Source: Nemertoderma westbladi (lineage: Eukaryota > Animalia > Xenacoelomorpha). Taken from it: 64,000 nucleotides of DNA. The stretch is from assembly GCA_032718475.1 (NCBI GenBank), contig JAUCBJ010008394.1, positions 62,001 through 126,000 of the forward strand, written 5' to 3'. Shown here piece by piece: positions 50,701 through 63,848 of the stretch. The notes below the pieces were generated by a model. It ran no database searches. It was not told the origin of the DNA and was given only the letters and a program-made list of their open reading frames with translations. The translations under genes were made by a program, and so were the position numbers. Position 1 is the first letter of the stretch, and each line of letters opens with the position of its first letter.

Positions 50701-53677
50701 GACTTTGTGAGTCGTGGTATGGTTCAGCAGATGCAATTAGTCCGCACATGTAATATAATCTTCAATACTTGATTATTTGTTGACTTACGACAATGAGATG
50801 TTAGCAAATAGAGTCAAATTACCACAGTTCTTGTACCTTTCCATTCTGTCCTGCCATGTGCGAGCTCTTTTCTTTTTAGCAGGTTTACTTCTCTTTTTGT
50901 TTTACCTTTGCACGGACATCATCAGCATCGATGGACGATCCACTGGTATTTCCAGACGAGTCATCATTTTTCATTGATGACTACTCTATAGGTTAATCCT
51001 AATCCAAATCAGCTGGGTCTCTATTCTGGATGGAGTAGAAATTACCTTAAAATTTTCTTCAGTGGACAATGATATTCAATATGAAAACATTCTCCACTGG
51101 TTCCTCTATTTCGTCGGGTTCCTGCTCCTCTGGGGAACCAAAACTTTCCCAATGTCTATTGGTTCCCCTGGTATGTCATTATCAGGATGAACGAACATGA
51201 ATCAAATCCATGAAACCTTCCAGTATCCAACATCAGTATAGTGCAAAATCACAAATTAGACAGTAAAATTTTAACTTTTACAAAAATCTGAGAATTAAAA
51301 ACATAGGGTGTTCAGCCACATGCTTCTGTTTTAAAATTACCGCTACTTTCTTAAAGGATTACCTTACATTAAAACTAAGTCTAGCACGCTATTTCTTGAT
51401 TGGTGCTAATTTTGTTGAATATATGTATTGTGTGTTGACTTAAAATCTTTTATGGCAAAACACCTTATCCTTAGGCACAATGTGTTCAAACCACCTCTGT
51501 TGCCTAAATATAAGATAAGGTGATGTTCCATCCAGTGGTAGGCTTGAGGTTCCCCTATGGGGTGATAGGAAATCGAAAAAAGCCACTTTGTTTCAAAGAA
51601 GCTTCCAAATTCTGTTTCAAAGTTACTTCCTCCTATTTAATATGAAATAAGAGGTTATAAGAGAAGTGGATTAGTCTAATAAAAAAAATTTAAATTTTCG
51701 ACAATGGGTGTTTTGCCTTAGGAAGGCAGAACAGTGATATGATGGGAACAACACCTACCCCCACTATATTTAGTATCATCTACCAGATGGTTGGTGTTTT
51801 GAATTCTCGTTTTCATGGTAATGGGTTGCTATGGTTGTTACTGCAAGAACAAATGCACCTACAGTCATTTAAACAAGTAATAAAACATATTTCCAAGGCC
51901 CATAGGCCTTGAACTTCCCCAGGAGCCTGTAGTAATAGCTTCTCAGTGTAGTTGTTTCTAACTTATCATAGTCCCATTTCTCTGAATCCATTAAAATGGA
52001 ATGATAGCAATCTCATTAGCTGATCCTAAAGTGGTGTGGTACATCCCACAAGGATGTCACCTGGCAAGTGACTTGTATGGTATGTATATTTATGTATATA
52101 AATATACATAACATATACATCATCTTCATTGACATCTTGGGATAATCAAAGATCTGAAGGTCCAGCTTCCACATTTTGTTTAGAGTTACCAGTACTAGTA
52201 AATAAATCTGCCATGAACTTCTGCTGTGAATTTTCATGGCAATTGACTATTATGCTATATTGGCTATATGAGTAAAATCTCAGTGTCTTGTATATTCTGT
52301 ATGCGTATTTGGTACAGCAGTATGACAATATCACTCAATAGTGTCACACCACATAATGGCCAATCACTGTATTAATTTTATAATATAACAAGCTGGCAAG
52401 TCTAGAGGGTTCACAGTCATACTTATATCAGAACAATAATAACAATATTGTCAGACAATGCTGATATTGTTATATTACTGTATTACTGTCACCTGGGGTC
52501 TGTCTACTACGGTGGATGTACTTCACATTATACCAGTATACTGTACGTACACTCTGATGACTAATGCTGTAATGAAATTTATTGCTAACACAAACAGTAA
52601 ACAATGTCAATTGTAAATCTACCAGTGTATACTGATATAGGCTACCATCAACTTTATTCCACTACTTCTACAAAATTAAATTTCCCACTGTAATGCTAAT
52701 TGATTACTCCAATTAATCTTCAATTAGGTCACCATGTAGGTCCAAGTAGGTCACCACCATGTAGTCCAAATAGATAAATAGACTCCATTGAATGTATTAG
52801 AAATAATTCAGGTACCTACATGTGCCAAATATCAGAAATGTGATTGTGTTCCATATTACAAGATTGATTTTTCATAAACTGTCCAAAAATACTGCTAAAA
52901 TGGCGCTTGCATTGCACATATACCATCTCGACACCCAAGTATCTGTATAAGGCATCACCACGCCTATATCTAACGCTTGTCCAAATTTCGTTTCGATTGA
53001 TTCTTACATAACGGAGATGTCGTGCTAGACAGACACACACATAGACAGAGTAAGGTAATAATGGTCACTGGTGTCAACAACTAAGACCTTGAACCAATAT
53101 GTGGCAAGCCTAGATATTATTTTAGTATGTGATTTAATATGCCATATTACCATAGTAGCCAGGATATTGTATGGGGGAGGGGGTGGATGGAGATAAAACA
53201 ATGCATAATATCTGTAGTGTGTACTGTAGTGTGTTATCGGTACCAGTACTGGTACCGGTATCTCTACTTCTGGGTCACATATGATGGAAAATAAAAATGC
53301 AAGATGCAATCAAAAGTGTTCTCAAAGAATTGAATTAGGATGGATGCATCTCAGGCATAACAGCGAGTTTAAACAATTTTGTTCTCTAAAATGAGGTGGA
53401 ATTGGCCATCTTGATGAACCTAAGGCTACTAAGCTTGGTGAAATATTAGCCAAAGGTACAGTTTGTTGGTGGTGTCTGTAGTCAAGGAGCGCTGAATGAC
53501 TTTGATATCGAGTTGAAAGATTTTCAAGTTAAGATGAGTATGCTATTGACTCAGGTGGACCTACACAGGAGTTTATGCTCCTTGCTTTGTGAGAAATTAA
53601 GGATCTGCCAATTTTCCAAAAAGAAGAGATGGCGAAATCATTACCCTTTGACTATAACAGTAAGTAATTCGGGCAAC

Positions 53678-54056
53678 ATTATAAGTAATTAAACAGGACT
53701 AAGGATGATCCAACGCTATAGCAAATGGAGCGGAAAAAATGAATTCGACACCAGCGGGGATCGAACCCGCGTCTCCCGATAAACGTTCAGGTATGCTAAC
53801 CACTACACCACGGAGGTACCTGCATCTTTCCGATTGATTTGCTATAGGTGGTAAACTACCTTACGGTTGCTATTGAATACAGACCTCCTTACGGATGGAT
53901 TTAATCTGTATTCTAATACAGTAGCAGTTATGACCTGTACTGCAAACGAATGTTATTGTATATGTGTTTAACATCCATAGATTGTATAAATTATAAGTAA
54001 TTAAACAGGACTAAGGAAGATCCAACTCTATAGCAAATGGAGCGGAAAAAATGAAT
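53678..54056 (-). mobile_element. 379-bp element: 67-bp direct repeats flanking a core with a tRNA-like sequence
   Basis: Repeats 53678-53744 and 53990-54056 (2 mismatches). tRNA-like sequence at 53746-53817 on the minus strand. Confidence 0.8.
53746..53817 (-). other. tRNA-like Pol III unit (not a functional tRNA)
   Basis: A-box TGGTGTAGTGG. Perfect T-arm GCGGG-TTCGATC-CCCGC. T6 run just downstream. Acceptor stem mispaired and anticodon arm irregular. Confidence 0.65.
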
Positions 54057-56139
54057 ATAATAACGTAATATAAATTTATGATTTTATTAATATAATAGAA
54101 TTATATAACTTTATTTACTACACTTCATTCTTCTCCCCCACTACGGTATAATATGTTGCTATCAACAAACTTTCAAAGAGACTTTCAAAGACACTTTCAA
54201 ACTTTGATGTTACAATATCCGATGTTGCTGAATATGATTGGCATCTGCTAATACAGTCGGTTTGTATATTCTCTATAATAATTGTTATAATGTACTTGTT
54301 GGAATGGTATGCAGGTAAAAGCTGACTTTAAGGATTTAACAAGCATTATAATGGGTGGGGTGGGTTTCTCTATTTAATTCATTTCTCTATCTAATTATTT
54401 TCTCTAATAGCTAACCTCTAGCTATGTCATATACTATTTTTAAGAATTAAATTTAATATATTTTATATATAGTATTGCCGAATTACCCCACTGGGGGGGG
54501 GGGGGGGGGGGGGGGGGGGTGCATAGATTAACATATTATTTCCCTCTATTTAATAATTTTTATTTTAACTTCTGTATCTAATTATTATATCAAATTGCTT
54601 TCTTAATCAATGAAATTAATTAATTGACTCTGACTGTATATTTACTTTCTTGAAAAAATATTTATTTATAACTATTAACTATTATATATATAGTTAATCT
54701 TTCATTTGATTAAATATAATAATAATATCATATATTCATATATTTAAATAAAGAATGCGTGAAGGATTGCAAACATTGAGTTTAATAGACGAACTATGGG
54801 CAAACAAAGTTGTCTGTGAGGAACTTTTTATTAGACAGGAGTTGGAACTAGATCCAATCATGGTTGACTTGACCACTTGTTTGAAATTGAATTTTCCGAT
54901 GAGGGAAGCATTTGGAGACGTCGAGAGAGGAGAACCTCTGGGTTGATTTTCTTCAGGTCTTAGCACGTAATTATTGTTATTTAATTGAATAAAATTAAGT
55001 ATCGTATTTACTCGATTAGACGTCTGGCTAGTGTTGAAATTTATAAATTACCGATAAGGGGTGTGGGGGGAGGGGATACTTAAAAGGTATGGGTGGCAGT
55101 GGAAAAATTGGGTATTATATTTGATGAATTAATTCTAAATTAAATAGTTTATTTTAAATTACAGAAGGGATAAAAGTTGATGGTAAAATGATTGGTCTAA
55201 AGGATATACTTATTTTGGTTACTGGTGAGAATGTTGTTCCCTTCTTGGGATTGGACCCCCAACTCAAGATCACTTTTATCCACCTAGAGGATGTGAAGGA
55301 GAGGCACATGGCTGGAGTCCCTAAAGTAAACACATGTGCTATGGAGTTATCATTACCAATTCTGGACGACTAGGAGACTTTCAAAGACAGAATGGCCAAT
55401 TGTACATTCATGTTATATACTTTCACTACGACATAACATTAAACAATAATAATTTGTATTATACTTAATTGTATTACAACTGATTACTAAGTTAGATACT
55501 TAATAATAGAGTATAGATTGTTTTATAAGTTTGAAACATTATCACTAGGTATAATGAAACCTATTGTAGTTTGAAATTTTATTGAGGCATAATGAAAACT
55601 AACGTTGTTTGATACAAATCATATTTATTCACTCCCGCAGTTTTAAACATAACTTACCACAGTATGGGACAAGCCACGCAGTGAGGGGTTAGTAGGATTA
55701 ATAATTAATATTTATTTACATTCATATTACAACAATTCTGTAACCTCTTCTCATATATTGAGGTAGAGTTCAATGGCCTCAATAGTCATAGTCCTTTGTT
55801 ATGCATAATTGCAATACATAAGTCATAAATATCAAGATCACAAGGTGTGGTGCTATGCAACAATGACTCTTCCCAACATGGTCAATTTCCAGGGGTGGAA
55901 CTGGCACCAACTGGACCCCATCTCCAACTCCCAACTCCATTTATTTATTATACAACATAAACAGGCCTTCAACATCAACAGGGCAAATCGGAATGTGTCG
56001 GGCTACATAAGGAATTGACTTAAAACTACTCACTACTGACTTACTTCCTGAAATCACTACTCAAACAATGTTACTACTGCAGTACTGTGTTGGCACTACC
56101 GGTAGGTTAGGTCTAGGTAAAAAAAAATATATAATTTAA

Positions 56140-56765
56140 TTAATTGGGGCTATGAGTATCCCTGTAAGTGCCGGCAATGAAATTAATTACAATAGCACAT
56201 GGAATGGAAAGAAAAATAATTGTGGGGAGGGGGTGGGGGTGTTGGGGGTGGGGATTAGTATGTTTGGGCATATTGTGGGGGATTCTTTGAAGTGCTACAG
56301 TATGTGTATTATGACTATTGGTGTGGGTGGGTCTGAGAGTGTTTAATTCGTTAGTGGGTGGGCATGATGCTGGGGTAGTGCTTGATATTGTGTTTCCACT
56401 GGTAGTACTATTGTGCCATAGGGATGTTATGGGATGGGAACATGCGTTAAATATGAGCTTGTTAACTAAGTGGGGGGGGGGGGGGGGGGGGTAGTCATTG
56501 TTACACAGGATGTTTTTTGACTTTATCAAGACTACGTGAGCAACCATTCGGGGTTATACTATTGGGAATGGCGCATTGAATGGCGGATCTAACGACATTA
56601 ACAATCATATTTCGGGGGTGGTTACTATAGTAGTCCAAAGTAATACCATACATTTCAAAATCTATCCGTCCTTTGTTGTTAATGGTGGTTGTGACGTCAA
56701 GGAATGCTAAGCAAGAGAAGGATTTCTCCATGGTGTATATCCACTTGTTTTCGATGTGCTGATGC
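56140..56765 (-). mobile_element. Second Penelope-like fragment (RT C-terminus)
   Basis: CLAFLDVTTTINNKG.I.FE...LDYYSNHP...AI..AI.NS parallels 12640-12910. Followed by PYCN-like and RDILI-like linker pieces. Confidence 0.75.
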
Positions 56766-57142
56766 TTATAGGGATGGAGTCTGTCACCCCCAGGATGCGC
56801 AGTAGTACCTGTTTTCTTGCCGTCAACTAAAAGGAATAGTGAAAACTATGTCACGTTCCTATAATTTCATATCAACAGAATGCAAATAATATCATCTTGC
56901 CTTTGTCACATAAATGAATGGAAGGAAAACATCTGGGATTGGTCAATGGTCAACTAATCTTCAATTAATGGTGAATCCCAGATGATACAGTATTTCCAGT
57001 TTATCTGTTCAAAGATATAATACAAAAATATGAAATGGACGATTTTCACATTCAGACAAATAATTATCCTCTACATCTAGCAACAGAAACCCTAGAGCAA
57101 AAGTTTCCCCCCATTGGTTTACCACCATTGGTTACGATTATC

Positions 57143-58160
57143 CTAGCCAACACGAAATCTTAAAACCAATACAGCAATTAAAGAGAAAAGAAAAGGCAGC
57201 CCCAACAGACTGAGAAGCGAACAAGCAGTTTGCATTCCAAAATTAGAATTGAGAAATCCTCCAAAAACGGGACCTATAATGGATACAAAAGACATTGATA
57301 TTCGATACATTTGTTGGAGGAGAGATCTTGTGTCGACGTTGTCTGGGTAACCACAAACCGTCACAGCCAGTTGCGTTTGTGTTTCCAATGCAGTGGTCAT
57401 GAATAATGCTGATCCAAATCCGAGTAGAGCACAACCTGTTATAGATATTGAAAGATCATGAGGTAAACCCAGAAGTTCTGTAGGACCTATTAGTTGCATT
57501 GCTAATGCTACTATCATTACACCAAATACAGTAGGAAAGACAGTTTTCATTTTTTTCATAATTAAACTCATTATTACACCTGTAAATAATTGAAAACTAG
57601 GAAGTATCATATATATCCGACCAATATTATATTGGTTCACATTGTAAGTGTGATGAATGTAGGCAGCATAATTCGCAACTGTAAATGATGTCAGCATTAC
57701 CCAATACATGTGCAAAATAAACATAAGAGTTACTGCTGGATTCTTCAGAACCCCAAGATAGGTTGGTCTGACTTCATTAGATTTACATCTGTCTTGATGT
57801 AAGCTGGTGACTCTATCCAACAGTAAAGGAGTAAAATGAGAAATATCAAACCCGATATTATAAATGGGAATTGAAAACCCAAAGCAACAAAAACTGTAGA
57901 ACTAAAAGCAGGTGCAAGCAAATATCCCAGGCTGCTACAAGTAACTGCTACACTGGCTAATAATGTTCTTTGTGTGGGCCACACTTCCATCAATATACTG
58001 AATGAATATATAAAACTGATGTTGAGACCAACAGCTTCGATGATGCGAAGTGAAAAACAAACAAATATATATAATCCATTGCTATGATTAGGAATATATT
58101 CCACGAACCCAAACGCTAACTGGGAAACGGCGCCAATGATTCCAAATAGACCCAAAGAGG
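57143..58160 (-). pseudogene. SLC18B1-like MFS transporter, copy 5 (pseudogene)
   Basis: 1-bp deletion at ~57797 (TCTTGATGT vs TCTTGAATGT). The first ~95 codons are deleted, with a junction at 58160/58161 directly onto the shared upstream block. Confidence 0.9.
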
Positions 58161-59575
58161 TATATGCCATGAATAATTTGAACAAACAAATAATATTGTA
58201 TAAATAATATTTCTCTTTAAAGAGTCCGACTAATGATCGAAACTAATACGAACTAATAACTATTATGTTATAGCTCACTATGAAAAACTTCAATAGGGTT
58301 GGTGCGAGAAAATATTGTTGGGTTAGAAACAATTGAATAAGGGGTAAGTAAACAAGGTGTTCTGAATCGAGTGCCAGGGTGTGTTCTTTTATGGAGAGTG
58401 ATCATATTATTGATCAATTGAAATCCTCATTAAAACTCAATTATTTCGCACATGATTTATATCAATAGAAAGCTGAGAATCATGTGCATCTTTTGACACC
58501 TAAATTAATTAAATTCATGAAGAGGAATGTTCATAAAATGCTGATTGAAATTCTGCATAATTAACTACACACACAAGTATTATGTAGTTTTCAAAAGTTT
58601 AGTAATTATACACACAGACAGACTTCTATAAATAGTTCCCCTGCCTGTCACTAAGGGAGTAATTGTAAGAAACAAAGTTAACTTTTTGGTGTCTCCCAAC
58701 CTTCAACGTGCAAATGTGTTGTCGTCTCGAGAAAATGACATCATATTATGCGAAGATTTATCAGAATTATTTGATACAAAATGTCCAAAAAATACATCAG
58801 GAGATATAGGGAGATAGCAGCTGTAACTACATGTAATGATTGTAAAGATCGAGACTGAGTTAACTGTATCATAAAGTATATCACCTTTTCAAATGAGCAT
58901 ATACGATCCTAGATGCAAACTAAGATACTAGATGCAAACTAAGATACTAGAAGAAAACCTAGATTCTAAACGGAACTTAGACCCTAAAACCAACTAATGT
59001 CCTAGAAGCGAACTTAGATACTAAATTCGAACATAGTTTGCAATGCCAAGATTTAAAAAATATGAGTGGGAGAGTAGGAAAATTTGTTATGGTAGGACAT
59101 CAGTCACAGGAAGCATCAATAGATTAGATTGCCAGGAATCACTCTCTATCCTTGGCCAATGAAAGACCTGCGTAGATTTTTATGGACGGATTTCCATCAG
59201 TAGCTTCTTTATACTGTATTATATTATACTTATATCCATCCATAGCTTTCTTTATGCTTCAAATTTTTATCTCTAGTGACTGACGAGCAATGCTTAAGCA
59301 TGTCCTTACCAGGTAAGATTATTTTATTATACAGTAGGAATCTGAGTACCGTGTACACTATCCAACACATGTTTGAATGTGTTAGACAACACCTGGATGG
59401 GAATGCTATGGATGGTAGCGAACAAGGCAAGGCTGTACACAACCACACCATGACACACTGTGGCAAGCTCAATACACATTGGCTGACTGACTGGCACAAG
59501 CTATTTCAACATTTCAAAGTAATTGCAGCACCCATTGTTGCCTGTTTTGCAAGAGCTTGAAATGTATTATATTGG
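58161..59575. repeat. Segmental duplicate of 26605-28010
   Basis: Continuous high similarity by eye, including the minisatellite and the ...GCAAGAGCTTGAAATGTATTATATT end. Confidence 0.9.
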
Positions 59576-60080
59576 CAGTAAACAAGGGCCAAACTTGTAT
59601 AATAAGTATTCGAGTGGTCGAATCTGGTCAATTTGAGTTCAAATCTAGATTACATAGTTTAAAATTATCCATTTCCGGACTTATACTCAAATCATTCAAA
59701 AACTAAACCGGTTAAAAATATATGAGTACAGCAATTGTAAATGTATTAATTTCCCTAAGTAACAATGAAAAATTCATAAAATATGGTCGTGTTGCACCAG
59801 AGTTACAACGATTTTTATATTGCACATCATATTAAAAATAGCAATATTGTATTATTTAACCATTTTAAAATTCCCTCCATTTGAATATCAATACAACGTT
59901 AATTTCCGGGTTGGTCTTTGCTGGTTGTATTGCAATAATACTACGTATGGCCCTTCCGTGGAGGGAGATACATTTCAACGTTAATAACTCCTAATCAACT
60001 TCAACTACGCCGTTTTTAATTGTAACAAACCCCGATGGAAAGGCAATTATTATATATTATTATGTATTAGTATTTGTTAT

Positions 60081-61732
60081 CAAATAAATACTATAGTCCT
60101 GAAGATAGTCCTGAAGAACGTGTTGGGAAGTGGAAAAATCACTTTAGCAACGTGCTTGGGCAGCCACCAAACATCAAGGTCAGCCCAACAAAGAAAATAA
60201 ATGACAAGACACTACCTATAGAAACAGGGGATTTCACACCTGCCGAACTCCAAAGAAGCATTATAAGCATGCCCAATAATAAATCGAGTGGATTAGATGA
60301 AATCCCAGCAAAGGTATGGAAAACAAGAGTGCTAAACAGACCATTATTGAATGTTTGCAACTGGATGTTAAAAGGGGAAAAGCCACCACCAATTTGGACT
60401 AAAGGTCAACTAAAGCCTCTCACCAATAAAGGAGACCTCGGTATACCAACAAACTATCGTGGGATCTGTCTGCTTGTGGTAGCTGCCAAAATATACAATA
60501 AAATGATTCTATATAGGATTAGGCCTCACATAGAGAAACTAAGACTGCATAAGAGCCAAAACGGATTTCGACCAAATAGATCATCAACAATAGCTCAGAT
60601 ACTTGCACTACAGAGACTGATTGAAGGAATTAAGTCAAAGAATCTCCCCGCAGTCATGACTTTTGTGGACATAAGAAGGCATTCGACTCCATCCATAGAG
60701 GAAAAATGCTTGAAATCCTAAGAGCTTATGGAATACCAGAAGTAATTGCTGCTGGCATTGGATTGTTATATTGTGACACAGAAGCACAGGTACTCTCACC
60801 AGATGGCGAAACTGAGTTTTTCTCAATCCTGGCTGGCATACTGCAAGGTGACACATTAGCACCATTACTATTTGTAATTGTGCTGGATTACGCAATGAGG
60901 ATGGCCACAAAGGGTGAAGATCTGGGATTCACACTTCAAGAACGCATAAGTAGTAGATATCTGGCAACTACAGTCACAGAGATCGACTTTGCGGATGACA
61001 TCGCCCTGCTCTCTAATATGCTAGCAGATGCACAGCTTCTACTAAATAAAGTGGAGAGGGCTGCTAAGGAGGTTGGATTGCATATAAATGCTACCAATTC
61101 ATGACCTTTAATGTTGATGGAAACTTGACAACCATTGATAATAATCAACTAAGGAAGATCGACGACTTCCAGTACCATGGATCATGGATAGAGAGTAGCA
61201 AAAAGGCATAGAAGATAGGAAAGCAAAGGCTTGGGTAGCTCTATCAAAAATGGATACCATCTGGAAATCAGATCTCTCCAGGCACCTGAAGACAAGTTCT
61301 TTCGAGCCACAGTGGAAAGTGTATTTTTTATACGGGGGTGAGACCTGGACACTGACTAAATCACTTGAACAACGAATTGATGGTTGCTACACAAGACTAC
61401 TATGGGCAGCCCTAAACATCAGCTGGAGACAACACATGACAAACGCCGAGCTTTATGGTACAATACCACCTGTATCAACCACCGTCCGTGAACGCAGATT
61501 GAGATTCAGTGGGCACTGCTGGTGAAGTAAAGACGAGGTCATACCAGATCTACTTTTCTGGGAACCAACTCTTGGAAAGCGTAGTCATGGACGACCAGCC
61601 ATTACATATATAGATCAACTTGAAAGGGGTACTGAACTTGGGAGAAACGAAATTGCGACAACTATGGAGAATCGGGAAGCCTGGAAGGATCTCATTTCCA
61701 CTGTCCGAGTTCGCTTGAACTAGTAGTAGTAG
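60081..61732 (+). mobile_element. RTE family A, second 5'-truncated copy (RT only, frameshifted)
   Basis: Near-identical to 41845-42577 and 48533-49153, and retains LQGDTLAP and DFADD. (TAG)n tail. 13-bp TSD TAGTATTTGTTAT at 60068-60080 and 61733-61745. Confidence 0.92.
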
Positions 61733-63848
61733 TAGTATTTGTTATTATATATTATTATTTGTTTGTACCAGATGAATGCAAATAGTTGCGAATATTTGAA
61801 CATTGTGATTGCAATGTGAAATATTTTAGAGAAATGTGACAATTTAAATAGTATTATTCCCCTAAGTTTTATCAGAGTAATATAGACCCAATGTTTTTAT
61901 AACATAGCTGAGGCGATCTTCAATTACTTTGGTTACCTTTGTTACTTTACTGATCTGATAATGCACTGCGACGGTGAATAAAAACAATTTAAATGGTAGC
62001 TAAATGAGTACTGGAGTTTCCTCTGGGGAGAATAGTTCTGGGTGGACCGCACTGGAAACTTATCGACGGACTGTGTGCGTTTCCCTGACCTAACTGCCAA
62101 AGAAAATATACTTTACTACAAACTTTACTTTTTAACTTACTTCACATTATAATCGTACAGTACAAACCGATCCATGCTACTTTGCCTCAGGCAACAAAAG
62201 AAAAACATTTATCTACACTATTATTAACTACCAACTACACTAAAGAGTATTGGTGTTGTTTGAAAATACTGCACCTTAAATGGTTAACATAACAACATAA
62301 CATAACAACCCATGTTGTTATCTATTATACAACTTCTATAAGAACCTAGGACCTCTCTGATTGGTTAACTAAACGAATATCTACAAAGCAGAATCAGATT
62401 ATCCAAGTTGCCCCACTTACTTGGCGGTATTCATGTTTAATTTATTACAAGTGCCAATAATTAAGCTAATTTATTATTAGTCAATCGTATTATGACTTAT
62501 GACAATTTTATTATTTACTTCGAAAAAGATAACTAAAAACAATTTGTTATTGGTAACAGCTATCGATCAGTGGATCAGCCAGTCCACGACTTAAGGTGTA
62601 ATCACGGACTGGGTGAATTGGGGTGGATCATTTCTGTGTGTGTTGGAATTCCATCATAGTACAAGCTGATAAATGTATATTCATTCATATTGCTTTTTGA
62701 TAAGAATTCAGTATCATTATGCTGCATAAGCAATGTAGAATCTTTTCACTTTTAGGAAAAATTCGCAATGCTTGGTCATCTCTTATACATGGTGGCGAAC
62801 GATCTAAAAGCACAATGTTATTTTCTGTAGATCCTGATGAAAACCTAAGTTCTGCCCGACTAATTAGATTAGTGGCATAAATCATAATTTTCTTTACGCA
62901 TAGTGTGTTGAACCGAATGGATGCTAATTAGATGAAGGATTATAGTGAGTCAGTGAGTGGAAATAGAGGAATAGCACATTGTAAGGTACAGATTTACAAC
63001 CTGTCTGGTGATGCATTTATAATAATATCAGTAATGTTTGTGGCAATAACTCTGTTAAGTTTTAGGTTCTGTTACAATGTAAATAACTCGTTAGAGATGT
63101 TAAGATATATTATTATTATATTACTTAATTATTACATGTATATATAGTAATAATGATTTTGATCTCCAAGTTATAATGTGCTCGCCGTTAATACTACTAA
63201 TGGCTTTAATAAATGTCAAAGTTAATTAACGTTATTTAATTTGATCATTACGATTAAATAACCCTTTTAAAGTTTTATAGAAAACATTTATAAAAAATTG
63301 CTTGAAACAAAGCAACTTTCAACCATTCTATAAGTGGTGGCAAAGAATTTATTTTCTTGTTTGCATTGCTTTCATATTTGGTTCACTTACTCTATTTTCT
63401 AATTCTAATCTATTTTTGATATACCTACCCAATTACCCATGCCATGCATATGCTTTCCTAACTTTTATGACCTTTCAGTTGCTCTCTATACATGACCCAA
63501 GTTACTAGAATTCTTATTAGGATTAGGCCTACTAAGTTGATTGTTATCGATGGTGGTCGCTTCTACATTATTGAAGTGTCGAAAACTTTGAATATATTTT
63601 TCTTGCAATTATTTTGCTAGAAGATCATTTCAGGACCATTCCTTAGGAAGTCAACAAAAATTCAAAATCGAAAAAGATAATAAATAACAGAGAATAAAGA
63701 ATAAATAGAAATGGGTCAATTGTGAAAATTAACCCCTTTCTATTTTATTTGACAAAGAATGTTTTTGCCACCACTTAATTTGTTATTTTTATACCATGTA
63801 ATATGCAATTGATACACTACAGGTATATATATAGAGACAGTATATAAG

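Larger units (their letters stand above)
53500..55436 (+). pseudogene. G2E3-like HECT ubiquitin-ligase domain, multi-exon pseudogene
   Basis: Colinear pieces: EYAIDSGGPTQEF (~53533), SFFSP...VTISDV (~54123-54230), REGLQTL.L...LF (54755-54946) and ILILVTG...PFLGLDP..KITF...PKVNTCAMELSLP...F...M (55188-55400, catalytic Cys motif). In-frame stops present. Confidence 0.75.

Noticed and set aside
54493-54519. Long G/C homopolymers (also 1521, 26156, 29043, 35284, 38903, 56472) as G-quadruplex signals
   Set aside because: Scattered, mostly within TEs, with no positional pattern; lengths unreliable.
59276-59560. Possible hAT dimerisation-like or small protein ORF (paralog ~27720-27993)
   Set aside because: No convincing motif; the similarity is explained by the segmental duplication.
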